This document shows positions 38,612 through 47,698 of a DNA stretch of 61,426 nucleotides, in pieces. Both the position numbers and the translations under genes were made by a program. Source of the stretch: Clostridia bacterium (GTDB taxonomy: Bacteria > Bacillota > Clostridia > Oscillospirales > CAG-272); assembly GCA_017450885.1 (NCBI GenBank), contig JAFSSR010000076.1, forward strand, positions 1-61,426. Reading direction: 5' to 3'. The notes beneath the pieces were generated by a model that did not search any database, was not told the DNA's origin, and worked only from the letters and a program-made list of their open reading frames with translations. The stretch's first letter is position 1. Every line of letters starts with the position of its first letter.

Positions 38612-41600
38612 ATGAAGAACTTCAAACGGCTGCTGGCTTCCGTCCTGGTCGTTCTCATGCTTCTTCCCATGGGGATAGTGACATCCTTTGCGGACGAGCT
38701 GGACGAAAACTGGACCACGATGTCGGCGAAATATTCGAGTAAAACTGACAGTATCATACTCGACCCGAATACAGACGAGGTGGTTACCGAAGGTTTTACA
38801 TATACTGTAAATGAAAACGGGGGAATAGACGCGTTCATCCCCGATAGCAAGACCTTCAACGGCGTTTTCGGGACCGCCGTCCTTTCGTCCAAGAACGCGG
38901 TCGCGCTTGACGGGCTTACCGTCTCGCTGACCCCTTCGGACAGCTTCACCTTCAATCTCGATACGAAAAAGCTCTCGTCGAGCATCTCCTTTATCTGGAG
39001 CGACACGCCGATCACTTCTATCGAGAAGGTCGACAACGACCAGATCATCGCGACTAACGGTCTGCGCACCCTCGCGCCCAACGTCGGCAACGAGATCGCT
39101 ATAATCCTCAACAACAGAAAGACCTGGAAGGACCCCAACGATCTCACAGGCAAGAAGATAGTAGAAAACAAATACGCCTCCAATCTGTCCGTCATCCTTT
39201 ATAAAGAAGGCTGGTGCGATCCCACGTCAAGCCGTTATCCCGGCTATAGATGGACCTTTACCAACCGCAACAACATCGAGGAGACTCCGGACAGCCCCGG
39301 CGATAACAGCGGAATTAAGCAGAGCTACGAGTGCATCGACTGCACGGAGCTCACCTACGAGTTCCGCCCCGATACCGACCTCGGCTACAGGGTGGTCGTC
39401 AACGGCAAGGAGTACTACAAGGGCGAGGAAGTCGCCTTCTTCCCTGAGAACACGGGAGAGCTCGGTCCCGACGACTACATCGGACGTACCCAAAAGTATC
39501 TGGATTCCTATACCTACGCCAAGGACGACATAAACCTGTCCTCCCTCGGTAACAGCTCGGAGGGCTATATCACGATCGGCGTAAGCAACAATCTCTCGAA
39601 GAAATCCTGCGGCTATACTCTCGATACGATCAACGGCGTTCCCGCCGCGCAGTGGAACGGCCAGACCCTCGGCGAGCACGTCCACAATTTCGAGGTGGTC
39701 GAAGAGGATACGATGGACTGCCTGCACGACGGCTACGTCAGCATGGCGTGCTCCTGCGGCGCGCATTACAGAGTATGCGAGCCCTCCCCCGGCCACGACT
39801 GGGTGGTCGTCTCTGAAAAGGCTGCCGGCTGTCTTGAAGTCGGCGAGCAGCTCAGAAGATGCCGCAACTGCGGTGAAGAGCAGACAATCCTTACCCCCGC
39901 CACCGGGCACGGCTTTGTAGACTACGGCTTCCCGTTGAAGGACAACGGTCCTCTGTGGGGAGAGTGGGAGGTCACCACTCCCGCGACGCCCGAAGCCGAC
40001 GGCGTCATGTCCCGTACCTGCCCCAACTGCGGCGAGGTACAGACCAAGGCTTATCAGTATTCTGACGCCGATAAGATATCCGACAAGTGGTTCATCTCCG
40101 CGGAGAACCGTTACTACACCCTGCAGGGCGAAAAGTACAGGGATCTTCCTCTCGTCTACACCACCGTCGGAGAGGACGGCTCCATCACCCTTAAGGATAT
40201 TGTCGCCGTGAAAGAAGACGGCATCTCCAACAACAGCATAACAAAGATAACCAGCAAGAACACGTCCTCGCTCGACTCCTTCAGCGCAACGGTCACTCCT
40301 CTGCCCGCAAGCGAAACGTCCGACGCGCGTCCGACAAGCATCAGCTTCATGTGGACCAACGAGTATGACAACTACCGCTTCGCAGGTCAGTATTCCTCCG
40401 GACTCTATCTCTACTACAGAGAGATAAAGAAGGACGGCCTTGACGAGGTCGACGCCGAAAATCCGGAAAACATAGCGAAAGCGGCGGGAAAATATCAGTC
40501 CTCGACCGCCATGGAAGACGCCAGAGCAGGCTACGCCTGGTCGCACTACATCTCCCAGGAGGAGTATTCCTTGTGCATCACCCTGCTCGACTACATGGTC
40601 GCGCTTAACGCCACCTACGGCACCCCGGACGACAACTATTACGATATAGTCACCTACTCCGTCGTTTCCGCCGGTAACTTCTGGACCCTTGAATACGAAA
40701 ATCTTGCCACCCGCGAATCGCAGGTGGACGCCACCCAGCCTATAGATATCCTTGTCGAGTACTTCCCGGACGAGGACAGCCGCAACGCCGGACTCGTCTA
40801 CTATGAGATCAACGGCGAGGAGTTCTATACCCGCGGAATAACCGACTTCCTCAACTATAAGAAAGATTACTACTTCAGCGTAGCCGCGTATTCCGACGGA
40901 ATGTCCGACGACCGCTCCCACGGCGCTTCCTTCACTCTCAACACAGTTTGCGGAGTTCCCGCCGCCGAGTTCGAAGGATACGTCTGCACCGAATACTGCG
41001 AGCACGACTGGGGCGAGCTCTCCTACGTTAAGGATAAAAACGGCAAAGAGGATAGGGAGACCTGCCTTAAGATGGGCAAGAAGGTCAGGATCTGCAACAA
41101 CTGCGGAGCCAAGGAGTACGAAGCCGTTCCCAAGGCGCAGCACAATTATGACACCAAAAATCCCCATTGGGTAAAGCAGCCCACCTGCGTCGAGCGCGGT
41201 ATAATCCAGTATTACTGCAACTTCGTTTGCGACATCAGAGACGGAGTAAAATACACCCACGGTCTGGCTGAAAAGTTCTTCGTTCCCGCCACCGGCGTCC
41301 ACACCTGGACCGACTGGGAGACCGTTTCCGAGCCCACCTGCAAGGCGGGCGAGAAGACCCACTACTGCACGGTCTGCCATCTGATCGAAACCGAAGAGAT
41401 AGAACCCGTAAGAGAGCACGAATGGGGAGAGTGGATCACCGATACCACGGCGACCTATACGAGAGAGGGTCATAAATACGCCGTTTGCGCCGTCTGCGGA
41501 GATAAGAAGGAAGAGTCGATCGACAAGCTCGCGCTTCCCGAAAACCCGTTCAAGGATATCCCCGAGGGCAAATGGTTCACCAAAGCGGTCCTCGCCTGCT

Positions 41601-42136
41601 ACGCGAGAGGCTATATGACCGGCGTCAAGGACGACGAATTCGGTCCCAACACCCCGCTCACCCGCGCGATGTTCGTCACCATCCTTTCAAAGATAGCCGG
41701 AGCCGACACCGCTCCTTACAAAAACGTTCAGACCCAGTTCACCGACGTCAAGACCGGCAAATGGTACAGCGGTCCCATCGCATGGGCTGTTGAGAACGGA
41801 TACTCCTCCGGCCTCAGCAAAACGATCTACGGAACAAACAGCAACGTCACCCGCGAGCAGCTCGCCACCTTCCTCAACACCTACGCGACCAAGAACGGTC
41901 TCGAAGGCAAGGAGGCTGAGGATATCACCGGATATCCGGATTACTCCAAGGTCGCAAAGTGGGCGAGAAGCGCGATGGCTTGGGCGGTCGGCAACGGACT
42001 GATCTCCGGCGTCAAGACCGGCGAGGTCGTCAACCTCGATCCCAAGGGCAACGCCACCCGCGCGCAGGTCGCCGTTATTGTCAACAACTTCGTTGACAAC
42101 ATCGTCCTTGCGCCTCAGCCCATACCCGAGGATTGA
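38612..42136 (+). CDS. Large secreted SLH-anchored surface protein. Layout is N-domain, Cys/His modules x3, a second N-domain, Cys/His modules x4, then SLH x3
   Basis: Signal peptide MKNFKRLLASVLVVLMLLPMGIVTSFA. Three C-terminal SLH repeats (TRAMFVTILSKI, TREQLATFLNTY, TRAQVAVIVNNF). Start trimmed to the ATG at 38612, after the ggagga RBS. The N-domains are not recognised. Confidence 0.8.
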   Translation: MKNFKRLLASVLVVLMLLPMGIVTSFADELDENWTTMSAKYSSKTDSIILDPNTDEVVTEGFTYTVNENGGIDAFIPDSKTFNGVFGTAVLSSKNAVALDGLTVSLTPSDSFTFNLDTKKLSSSISFIWSDTPITSIEKVDNDQIIATNGLRTLAPNVGNEIAIILNNRKTWKDPNDLTGKKIVENKYASNLSVILYKEGWCDPTSSRYPGYRWTFTNRNNIEETPDSPGDNSGIKQSYECIDCTELTYEFRPDTDLGYRVVVNGKEYYKGEEVAFFPENTGELGPDDYIGRTQKYLDSYTYAKDDINLSSLGNSSEGYITIGVSNNLSKKSCGYTLDTINGVPAAQWNGQTLGEHVHNFEVVEEDTMDCLHDGYVSMACSCGAHYRVCEPSPGHDWVVVSEKAAGCLEVGEQLRRCRNCGEEQTILTPATGHGFVDYGFPLKDNGPLWGEWEVTTPATPEADGVMSRTCPNCGEVQTKAYQYSDADKISDKWFISAENRYYTLQGEKYRDLPLVYTTVGEDGSITLKDIVAVKEDGISNNSITKITSKNTSSLDSFSATVTPLPASETSDARPTSISFMWTNEYDNYRFAGQYSSGLYLYYREIKKDGLDEVDAENPENIAKAAGKYQSSTAMEDARAGYAWSHYISQEEYSLCITLLDYMVALNATYGTPDDNYYDIVTYSVVSAGNFWTLEYENLATRESQVDATQPIDILVEYFPDEDSRNAGLVYYEINGEEFYTRGITDFLNYKKDYYFSVAAYSDGMSDDRSHGASFTLNTVCGVPAAEFEGYVCTEYCEHDWGELSYVKDKNGKEDRETCLKMGKKVRICNNCGAKEYEAVPKAQHNYDTKNPHWVKQPTCVERGIIQYYCNFVCDIRDGVKYTHGLAEKFFVPATGVHTWTDWETVSEPTCKAGEKTHYCTVCHLIETEEIEPVREHEWGEWITDTTATYTREGHKYAVCAVCGDKKEESIDKLALPENPFKDIPEGKWFTKAVLACYARGYMTGVKDDEFGPNTPLTRAMFVTILSKIAGADTAPYKNVQTQFTDVKTGKWYSGPIAWAVENGYSSGLSKTIYGTNSNVTREQLATFLNTYATKNGLEGKEAEDITGYPDYSKVAKWARSAMAWAVGNGLISGVKTGEVVNLDPKGNATRAQVAVIVNNFVDNIVLAPQPIPED

Positions 42137-42164
42137 GAAAAAACGGTAATTATTTACCCTTTTC

Positions 42165-42200
42165 AAGCGGCGTCCGAATTTTCGGACGCCGCTTTTGTTT
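42165..42200 (+). terminator. Rho-independent terminator after the first SLH gene
   Basis: aagcggcgtccga / tcggacgccgctt 13-bp stem followed by ttgttt. Confidence 0.75.
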
Positions 42201-42377
42201 ACAATTTATCTATTATTTGTACCTAATTTGTTGATTATTGCTTATTTTTGAGTTCAAATTTAGTTGCTGTTGCATAATAAAGGATAAAAAAAGCATATTA
42301 AACAGATTAAATTGCGACATTTGTTTTTATATTTATAGATGATATAATAAAATCACTATTAAAAGGAGGACTATCCT

Positions 42378-44060
42378 ATGAAAAAGATAGCGATCATTTT
42401 AGCGGCGCTTATGCTGCTTGCGGCGCTTCCGCTTGCAACTCACGCAGGCCCCCCGCCGTTTTATTCACTCATCCCCAACGACGACATAGTCATGGAAAAG
42501 ACGACCCCGACCATAGATGGTACCATCGATTGGAACGAGGGTTGGTCCGCCCCCGCAAAGCTCGACTTCGACACCGTCGGCTTCTTCTGGAGATTTCAGC
42601 CGATGATGATGAACGCCGACCTCTATTTCGCCTACAGCGACGACGGACTCTACTTTGCCGCCGACGTGACCGAGCTCAGCTTCATGGTCGCCCATAACGA
42701 AGCGAAGAACAACATGGATTACGCCGGCAACTGCTTCCTGCTCTCCACCGACTTCGGCTACGCGCTGGAAGATGACGGCGACGACGAGCCCGGCTCCAGC
42801 ACCCAGAAGCCCGAAGGCGCATTAAGGTACGGCTACAACGGCGATATCCTCACTCTGACTCTCGATCCCGAGCGTCTCTGCCAGGACGCCAAGCAGGTAT
42901 ACTGCCCCTGGTACAACATCGGTATATTCGAGAATTCCGAGAAGGCTACCGGCTATGAGGCAAAGGTCTACCGTTCTCAGGGCAACTACGGCGACATCAC
43001 CGACAGAGTCGAATCCGCCGCTGTATTAAAGCCCCAGAAGGAATACGACGCCCTTACCACCGAAGGTCTCTCCGCTGAGGAAGTCTACGGCGAAACGCCC
43101 TTCATGAGCGGCTTTGTCGTAGAGATGTTCCTGCCCTGGGAGATCGTCGTTGAAGATATCGACGCCATCACTTACGGCCTCGCTTCCGTTACCAAGGAAG
43201 AGCTTGCCGCCGACGGCGCCAAGATCAGCTCCGCCGTCCAGTATATGGACCGCTTCTATGACGATGAGGCGAGAAAAATAGAGAACTGGGCGCGCTATAT
43301 CGTCGTTTGCGACGTCAATGACAGCGGCGTCCTCGGCGCAGGATCCTCCGGAACTCCCTGCGACGTCAACGGACTCGTACTCATCAACGGCGGCGAGAAG
43401 GAAAACGTCAATCCTTTCGCTGACGTCAAGGAAGGCAAATGGTACACCAAGGCTATTGCTTACTGCTACAAGCTCGGTTACATGAACGGGACCTCGGCTA
43501 CCTCCTTTGAGCCCAACAGCCCGGTCACCCGCGCTATGTTCGTCACCGTGCTCTCCAAGATAGCCGGCGCCGAAACCGCTCCTTACAAGAACGTACAGAC
43601 CAAGTTCACCGACGTCAAAACAGGCAAGTGGTACAGCGGTCCTGTCGCGTGGGCTGTTGAGAACGGATACTCCTCCGGTCTCAGCGACACCGAATTCGGC
43701 ACCAACAAATCCGTAAGCCGCGAGCAGCTCGCCACCTTCCTCTGCACCTACGCGACCAAGAGCGGCATCGACACCGAAAAGGTCGCCGAAATAGCCGACT
43801 ATCCCGATTACGCTCAGATCTCCAAGTGGGCGAAAAAGCCCCTCGCATGGGCTGTTGAGAACGGACTCATCTCCGGCCTTAAGTCCGGCAAGCAGACTCT
43901 CCTCTCTCCCAAGACCAACGCGACCCGCGCTCAGATCGCCCTCATCGTTATGAACTTTATGGAAGGCGTGAACAAGAGCGAGTACAAGCCTATTTCCAAC
44001 TACAAGCTCAGCCCGTGGCTCGACGAAGGCGGCAACCCGCACTTCACTCTTTTTCAGTGA
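42378..44060 (+). CDS. Secreted SLH-anchored surface protein with a possible CBM9/DOMON-like N-terminal domain
   Basis: Signal peptide MKKIAIILAALMLLAALPLATHA. TIDGTIDWNEGWS resembles the CBM9-type opening motif (weak evidence). Three C-terminal SLH repeats are close to those of the upstream gene. Confidence 0.7.
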   Translation: MKKIAIILAALMLLAALPLATHAGPPPFYSLIPNDDIVMEKTTPTIDGTIDWNEGWSAPAKLDFDTVGFFWRFQPMMMNADLYFAYSDDGLYFAADVTELSFMVAHNEAKNNMDYAGNCFLLSTDFGYALEDDGDDEPGSSTQKPEGALRYGYNGDILTLTLDPERLCQDAKQVYCPWYNIGIFENSEKATGYEAKVYRSQGNYGDITDRVESAAVLKPQKEYDALTTEGLSAEEVYGETPFMSGFVVEMFLPWEIVVEDIDAITYGLASVTKEELAADGAKISSAVQYMDRFYDDEARKIENWARYIVVCDVNDSGVLGAGSSGTPCDVNGLVLINGGEKENVNPFADVKEGKWYTKAIAYCYKLGYMNGTSATSFEPNSPVTRAMFVTVLSKIAGAETAPYKNVQTKFTDVKTGKWYSGPVAWAVENGYSSGLSDTEFGTNKSVSREQLATFLCTYATKSGIDTEKVAEIADYPDYAQISKWAKKPLAWAVENGLISGLKSGKQTLLSPKTNATRAQIALIVMNFMEGVNKSEYKPISNYKLSPWLDEGGNPHFTLFQ

Positions 44061-44139
44061 TCTGTAAAGAAATCGGCAATTAATTCTTCACGATAAACAA
44101 AACACTTATAAGCGATTATTCTTTCGGAGGAAAATAATT

Positions 44140-46209
44140 ATGAAGAATTTTAAAAAGGTCCTCTGTGCGGTGCTTATGCTCTGTATGGTCGTACCGATGT
44201 TCGTTTTCGGCTCCGCGGCTGAAGAAGTCGCCAAGTTCGAGGACAACTGGACCACCCTCGGAGCCAAGTTCTCCAGCGGAACCTACAACATCCTTCTGGA
44301 CACCGTTACCAATAAGCCCCGTGACGAAGGCTTTACCTTTACCAGAAACGAGAACGGCGGAATAGACGTCCACGTTCCCGATTATTCCGTCTTCGGCGGC
44401 GGATGCCCCACCGCTATCCTCGCTTCCAAGAACGCCACCGCTCTTGACGGCCTGACCGTAAAGCTCTCTCTTGCAGACGAGACCGTCTTCAAGCGCGACG
44501 GAAAAGGCTTTTACAGCACCTATTCGCTCCTTTGGAGCAAGGATCCGATAACCGCTGTCTACGATCCCGAGACCGGCATCGGTGAGGACTCCTCCGAGGC
44601 CGCTGTCACCAACGCGATGCGCAGAATCGGCGGACCCGACAAGCAGGGTATATACGTAGTCATCGGTGGCGGCGACCCCAACAAGAAGGACACCAAGATC
44701 GCTTCCTTTGTAAACCTCTACCTTTTCAACGGCGAGTTCTATGACGCCATCGACGGCGAAGCCGCGTACGGCTACAGATGGACCTTTGCCGCCCGCAATA
44801 TGCCCGAGGTCGGCGGCTCCGGCAATAACGGCGACAACTCCGGCATCAGAAGAGGACATGAGTCTATCGACCTGACCGACGGTCTCATCATCTCCTTCCG
44901 CGCCGACACCACCCTCGGCTACGTCACCGTTGTCAACGGCGTCGAGTATTACAAGGGCAAGAGCGGCGTAGGCGGAAGCCTTCCTTATCTCGGTTACTAT
45001 CCCGCAAACATAAAATTTGATCGCGGAACAGACCGCGACGGCGCCAACGGGTTTACCGATCTCTATAAGCAATCCATGGAGTATCAGGGCAAGGATGTCG
45101 ATCTTTCCTTCCTCGGCACCATCGACAAGGGTTACGTCAGCGTAATGAGCGTCGGAAACCTTATCTCCACCAAGAAGCAGGACAAGTGCTATCAGGACTT
45201 CACTCTTGATACCGTAAACGGCGTTCCCGCCGCGGACTGGGACGCTCACGTTCACACCTGGGGCGACTGGGAGATCGTGACCGAACCCACCTGCGTCGAC
45301 GGGCTTAAGAGGCACGTATGCTCCGGATGCGGCGCGGAGGAAGAAGAACCCATCCCCGCCACCATGGAGCACAGTTTCACCGATTGGACCGTTACCATCG
45401 AGCCCACCTGCAAACCGGGCCTTAAGGTCTGCAGCTGCACCCGCTGCTTGAACGATTTCGAAGAAGTTCTCGATCCCATCAGAGAGCATAGCTGGGGCGA
45501 CTGGACCGTTACCACCGAGCCTTCCCTCAAGGCCAGCGGCGTCGAGACCCACGTCTGCGCGGAATGCGGCGACGAAGAGACCAGAAATATCGGCAAGATA
45601 GTCAATCCCTTCACCGACGTTCCTTCCAATAAGTGGTTTGCTCTTCCCGCGGTCTACTGCAACACCAAGGGCTTTATGAACGGCGTCAGCAGCGGCAAGT
45701 TTGCTCCTAACGACAATCTTACCCGCGCGATGTTCGTCCAGATCCTCGCCAAGATCGCGAACGCGGACCTCTCCAAGTACACCAAGGACAACGAGGGCCT
45801 GCCTTTCACCGATACAAAGGGCGCATGGTACTCCAAAGCGCTCAAGTGGGCGTACGAGAACGGCTACACCAGCGGCAAGACCGCTACCACTTTCGGACCT
45901 GGCGATAACGTTACCCGTCAGGAGCTCGCCAAGTTCCTGTTCACCTATTCCGAAAAGAACAGTCTGCCCAGCGCCGACGCAGATGATCTGTCCGGATATC
46001 TCGACACCGCAAAGGTCGCCAAGTGGGCGAAGACAGCTATGGGCTGGGCGGTCGGCAACGGACTTATCTCCGGCGTCAAGGTCGAAGGCGGTATGAACCT
46101 CGATCCCAAGGGCAACGCCACCCGCGGCCAGGTCGCTACCATCATTAAGAACTTCGTTCAGAGCGTTGTCGGCGACACCGCGGTCGAATACGAGCTCACT
46201 CTCGACTGA
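44140..46209 (+). CDS. Secreted SLH-anchored surface protein, paralogue of 38612..42136 (N-domain, Cys/His modules x3, SLH x3)
   Basis: Signal peptide MKNFKKVLCAVLMLCMVVPMFVFGSAA. FEDNWTTLGAKFSS...GFTFTRNENGGIDVHVPD parallels ENWTTMSAKYSS...GFTYTVNENGGIDAFIPD in the first gene. The shared motif FTLDTVNGVPAA and SLH repeats at the C-terminus are also present. Confidence 0.8.
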   Translation: MKNFKKVLCAVLMLCMVVPMFVFGSAAEEVAKFEDNWTTLGAKFSSGTYNILLDTVTNKPRDEGFTFTRNENGGIDVHVPDYSVFGGGCPTAILASKNATALDGLTVKLSLADETVFKRDGKGFYSTYSLLWSKDPITAVYDPETGIGEDSSEAAVTNAMRRIGGPDKQGIYVVIGGGDPNKKDTKIASFVNLYLFNGEFYDAIDGEAAYGYRWTFAARNMPEVGGSGNNGDNSGIRRGHESIDLTDGLIISFRADTTLGYVTVVNGVEYYKGKSGVGGSLPYLGYYPANIKFDRGTDRDGANGFTDLYKQSMEYQGKDVDLSFLGTIDKGYVSVMSVGNLISTKKQDKCYQDFTLDTVNGVPAADWDAHVHTWGDWEIVTEPTCVDGLKRHVCSGCGAEEEEPIPATMEHSFTDWTVTIEPTCKPGLKVCSCTRCLNDFEEVLDPIREHSWGDWTVTTEPSLKASGVETHVCAECGDEETRNIGKIVNPFTDVPSNKWFALPAVYCNTKGFMNGVSSGKFAPNDNLTRAMFVQILAKIANADLSKYTKDNEGLPFTDTKGAWYSKALKWAYENGYTSGKTATTFGPGDNVTRQELAKFLFTYSEKNSLPSADADDLSGYLDTAKVAKWAKTAMGWAVGNGLISGVKVEGGMNLDPKGNATRGQVATIIKNFVQSVVGDTAVEYELTLD

Positions 46210-46264
46210 CTTTCAGTCACGATAAGCGAGATCGCATAATCAAACATAGGATCACTTATAAATC

Positions 46265-46291
46265 GGACCGTCCGCAAGGACGGTCCTTTTT
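46265..46291 (+). terminator. Rho-independent terminator after the third SLH gene
   Basis: ggaccgtcc gcaa ggacggtcc followed by ttttt. Confidence 0.8.
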
Positions 46292-46371
46292 GTGTCTGCG
46301 GCGATCCGTAAAGACATTTTACTTTACCCCGGCGGCAGGGTTTTTCTTTCGAGAAAAAGTGACCGTTATGC

Positions 46372-46400
46372 TTGTAATTTACAATAAAATAATGTATAAT
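46372..46400 (+). promoter_or_regulatory. Sigma-70-type promoter of wecC-wecB
   Basis: TTGTAA (46372-46377), a 17-nt spacer, then TATAAT (46395-46400). Confidence 0.5.
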
Positions 46401-46462
46401 ATTATTTTGGATATATATGAGCATAAGTCTCTATAATGTTAACAAAAACGGAGATATTGAAT

Positions 46463-47683
46463 ATGGTAAACGTAATAGGACTGGGATATATAGGTCTGCC
46501 GACCGCGCTGATGCTCGCGTCGCACGGAGTCGAGGTCGTCGGCACCGACTACAACGCCGGGCTGGTCAAGACGCTGGAGAGCGGGCATACCACGTTTAAG
46601 GAGGACGGTCTCGACGATCTGTTTGCGGCTGCCGTTAAGGCGGGCATCCGCTTTACCACCGAATACCAGGTGACCGACACCTACATCGTCTCCGTTCCCA
46701 CTCCGTATGACGATTTTTCAAAAAAGGTAGATCCCTGCTACGTCGTCGCGGCTGTAAACAGCGTTCTCGACGTCGCCCCCAAGGGCGCCGTCGTGGTCAT
46801 CGAGTCCACGGTATCGCCCGGGACAATAGATAAGTACGTCCGCCCCGCGGTTGAGGAAAAGGGCTTGAAAACAGGCGAGGACGTCCACCTTGTCCACGCT
46901 CCGGAACGCATCATTCCCGGCAATATGGTCTACGAGCTCCTCCACAACAACCGTACCATCGGAGCCGACGAAAGGGAAGTCGGCGAGCGCGTCAAGGAGC
47001 TGTATTCGTCCTTCTGTCAGGGCGAGATCGTCGTTACCGGCATCCGTACCGCGGAGATGACCAAGGTGGTCGAGAACACCTTCCGCGCGGTCAACATCGC
47101 TTTCGCCAACGAGCTCGCCAAGATCTGCCGTCACGACGGTATGGACGTCTACGAGATCATCCGCATCTGCAATATGCATCCGCGCGTCAACATACTTCAG
47201 CCGGGTCCCGGCGTCGGCGGGCACTGCATCTCTGTCGATCCGTGGTTCCTCGTGGGCGATTATCCGTCGCTCGCCACCGTTATCGGCGAGTCGATGAAGG
47301 TCAACGACGGTATGCCCGATTTCGTGCTCGAACGCATTTACGACATAATGAAGGAAAACGGCGTTACCGACATCTCCCGCGTCGGCCTCTACGGTCTGAC
47401 ATACAAGGAGAACGTCGACGATATGCGCCAGTCGCCCACGCTTCAGCTTCTCGACAGCCAGGCGCGCCATCTTGCCGAGGGACTTAAGGTATACGATCCT
47501 TTCGTCACACGCGACGTCGTCAAGAACCAGTATCACGACCTCGACGCCTTCCTCCGCTGTGTCGACATAGTGGTCGTGATGGTCGGCCACGACGAGATAA
47601 AGAAGAACCAGTCCCTGCTTGAGGGCAAGATCGTTTTCGACACCCGCAACGTCATTACCCTCCCCGGCGTATATCACATCTGA
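46463..47683 (+). CDS. wecC: UDP-N-acetyl-D-mannosamine dehydrogenase (nucleotide-sugar dehydrogenase, WecC-like)
   Basis: MVNVIGLGYIGLPTA Rossmann N-terminus and the catalytic GVGGHCISVDP. Paired with the 2-epimerase. Start trimmed to the ATG at 46463. Confidence 0.8.
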   Translation: MVNVIGLGYIGLPTALMLASHGVEVVGTDYNAGLVKTLESGHTTFKEDGLDDLFAAAVKAGIRFTTEYQVTDTYIVSVPTPYDDFSKKVDPCYVVAAVNSVLDVAPKGAVVVIESTVSPGTIDKYVRPAVEEKGLKTGEDVHLVHAPERIIPGNMVYELLHNNRTIGADEREVGERVKELYSSFCQGEIVVTGIRTAEMTKVVENTFRAVNIAFANELAKICRHDGMDVYEIIRICNMHPRVNILQPGPGVGGHCISVDPWFLVGDYPSLATVIGESMKVNDGMPDFVLERIYDIMKENGVTDISRVGLYGLTYKENVDDMRQSPTLQLLDSQARHLAEGLKVYDPFVTRDVVKNQYHDLDAFLRCVDIVVVMVGHDEIKKNQSLLEGKIVFDTRNVITLPGVYHI

Positions 47684-47698
47684 TATCAGGAGCATACG

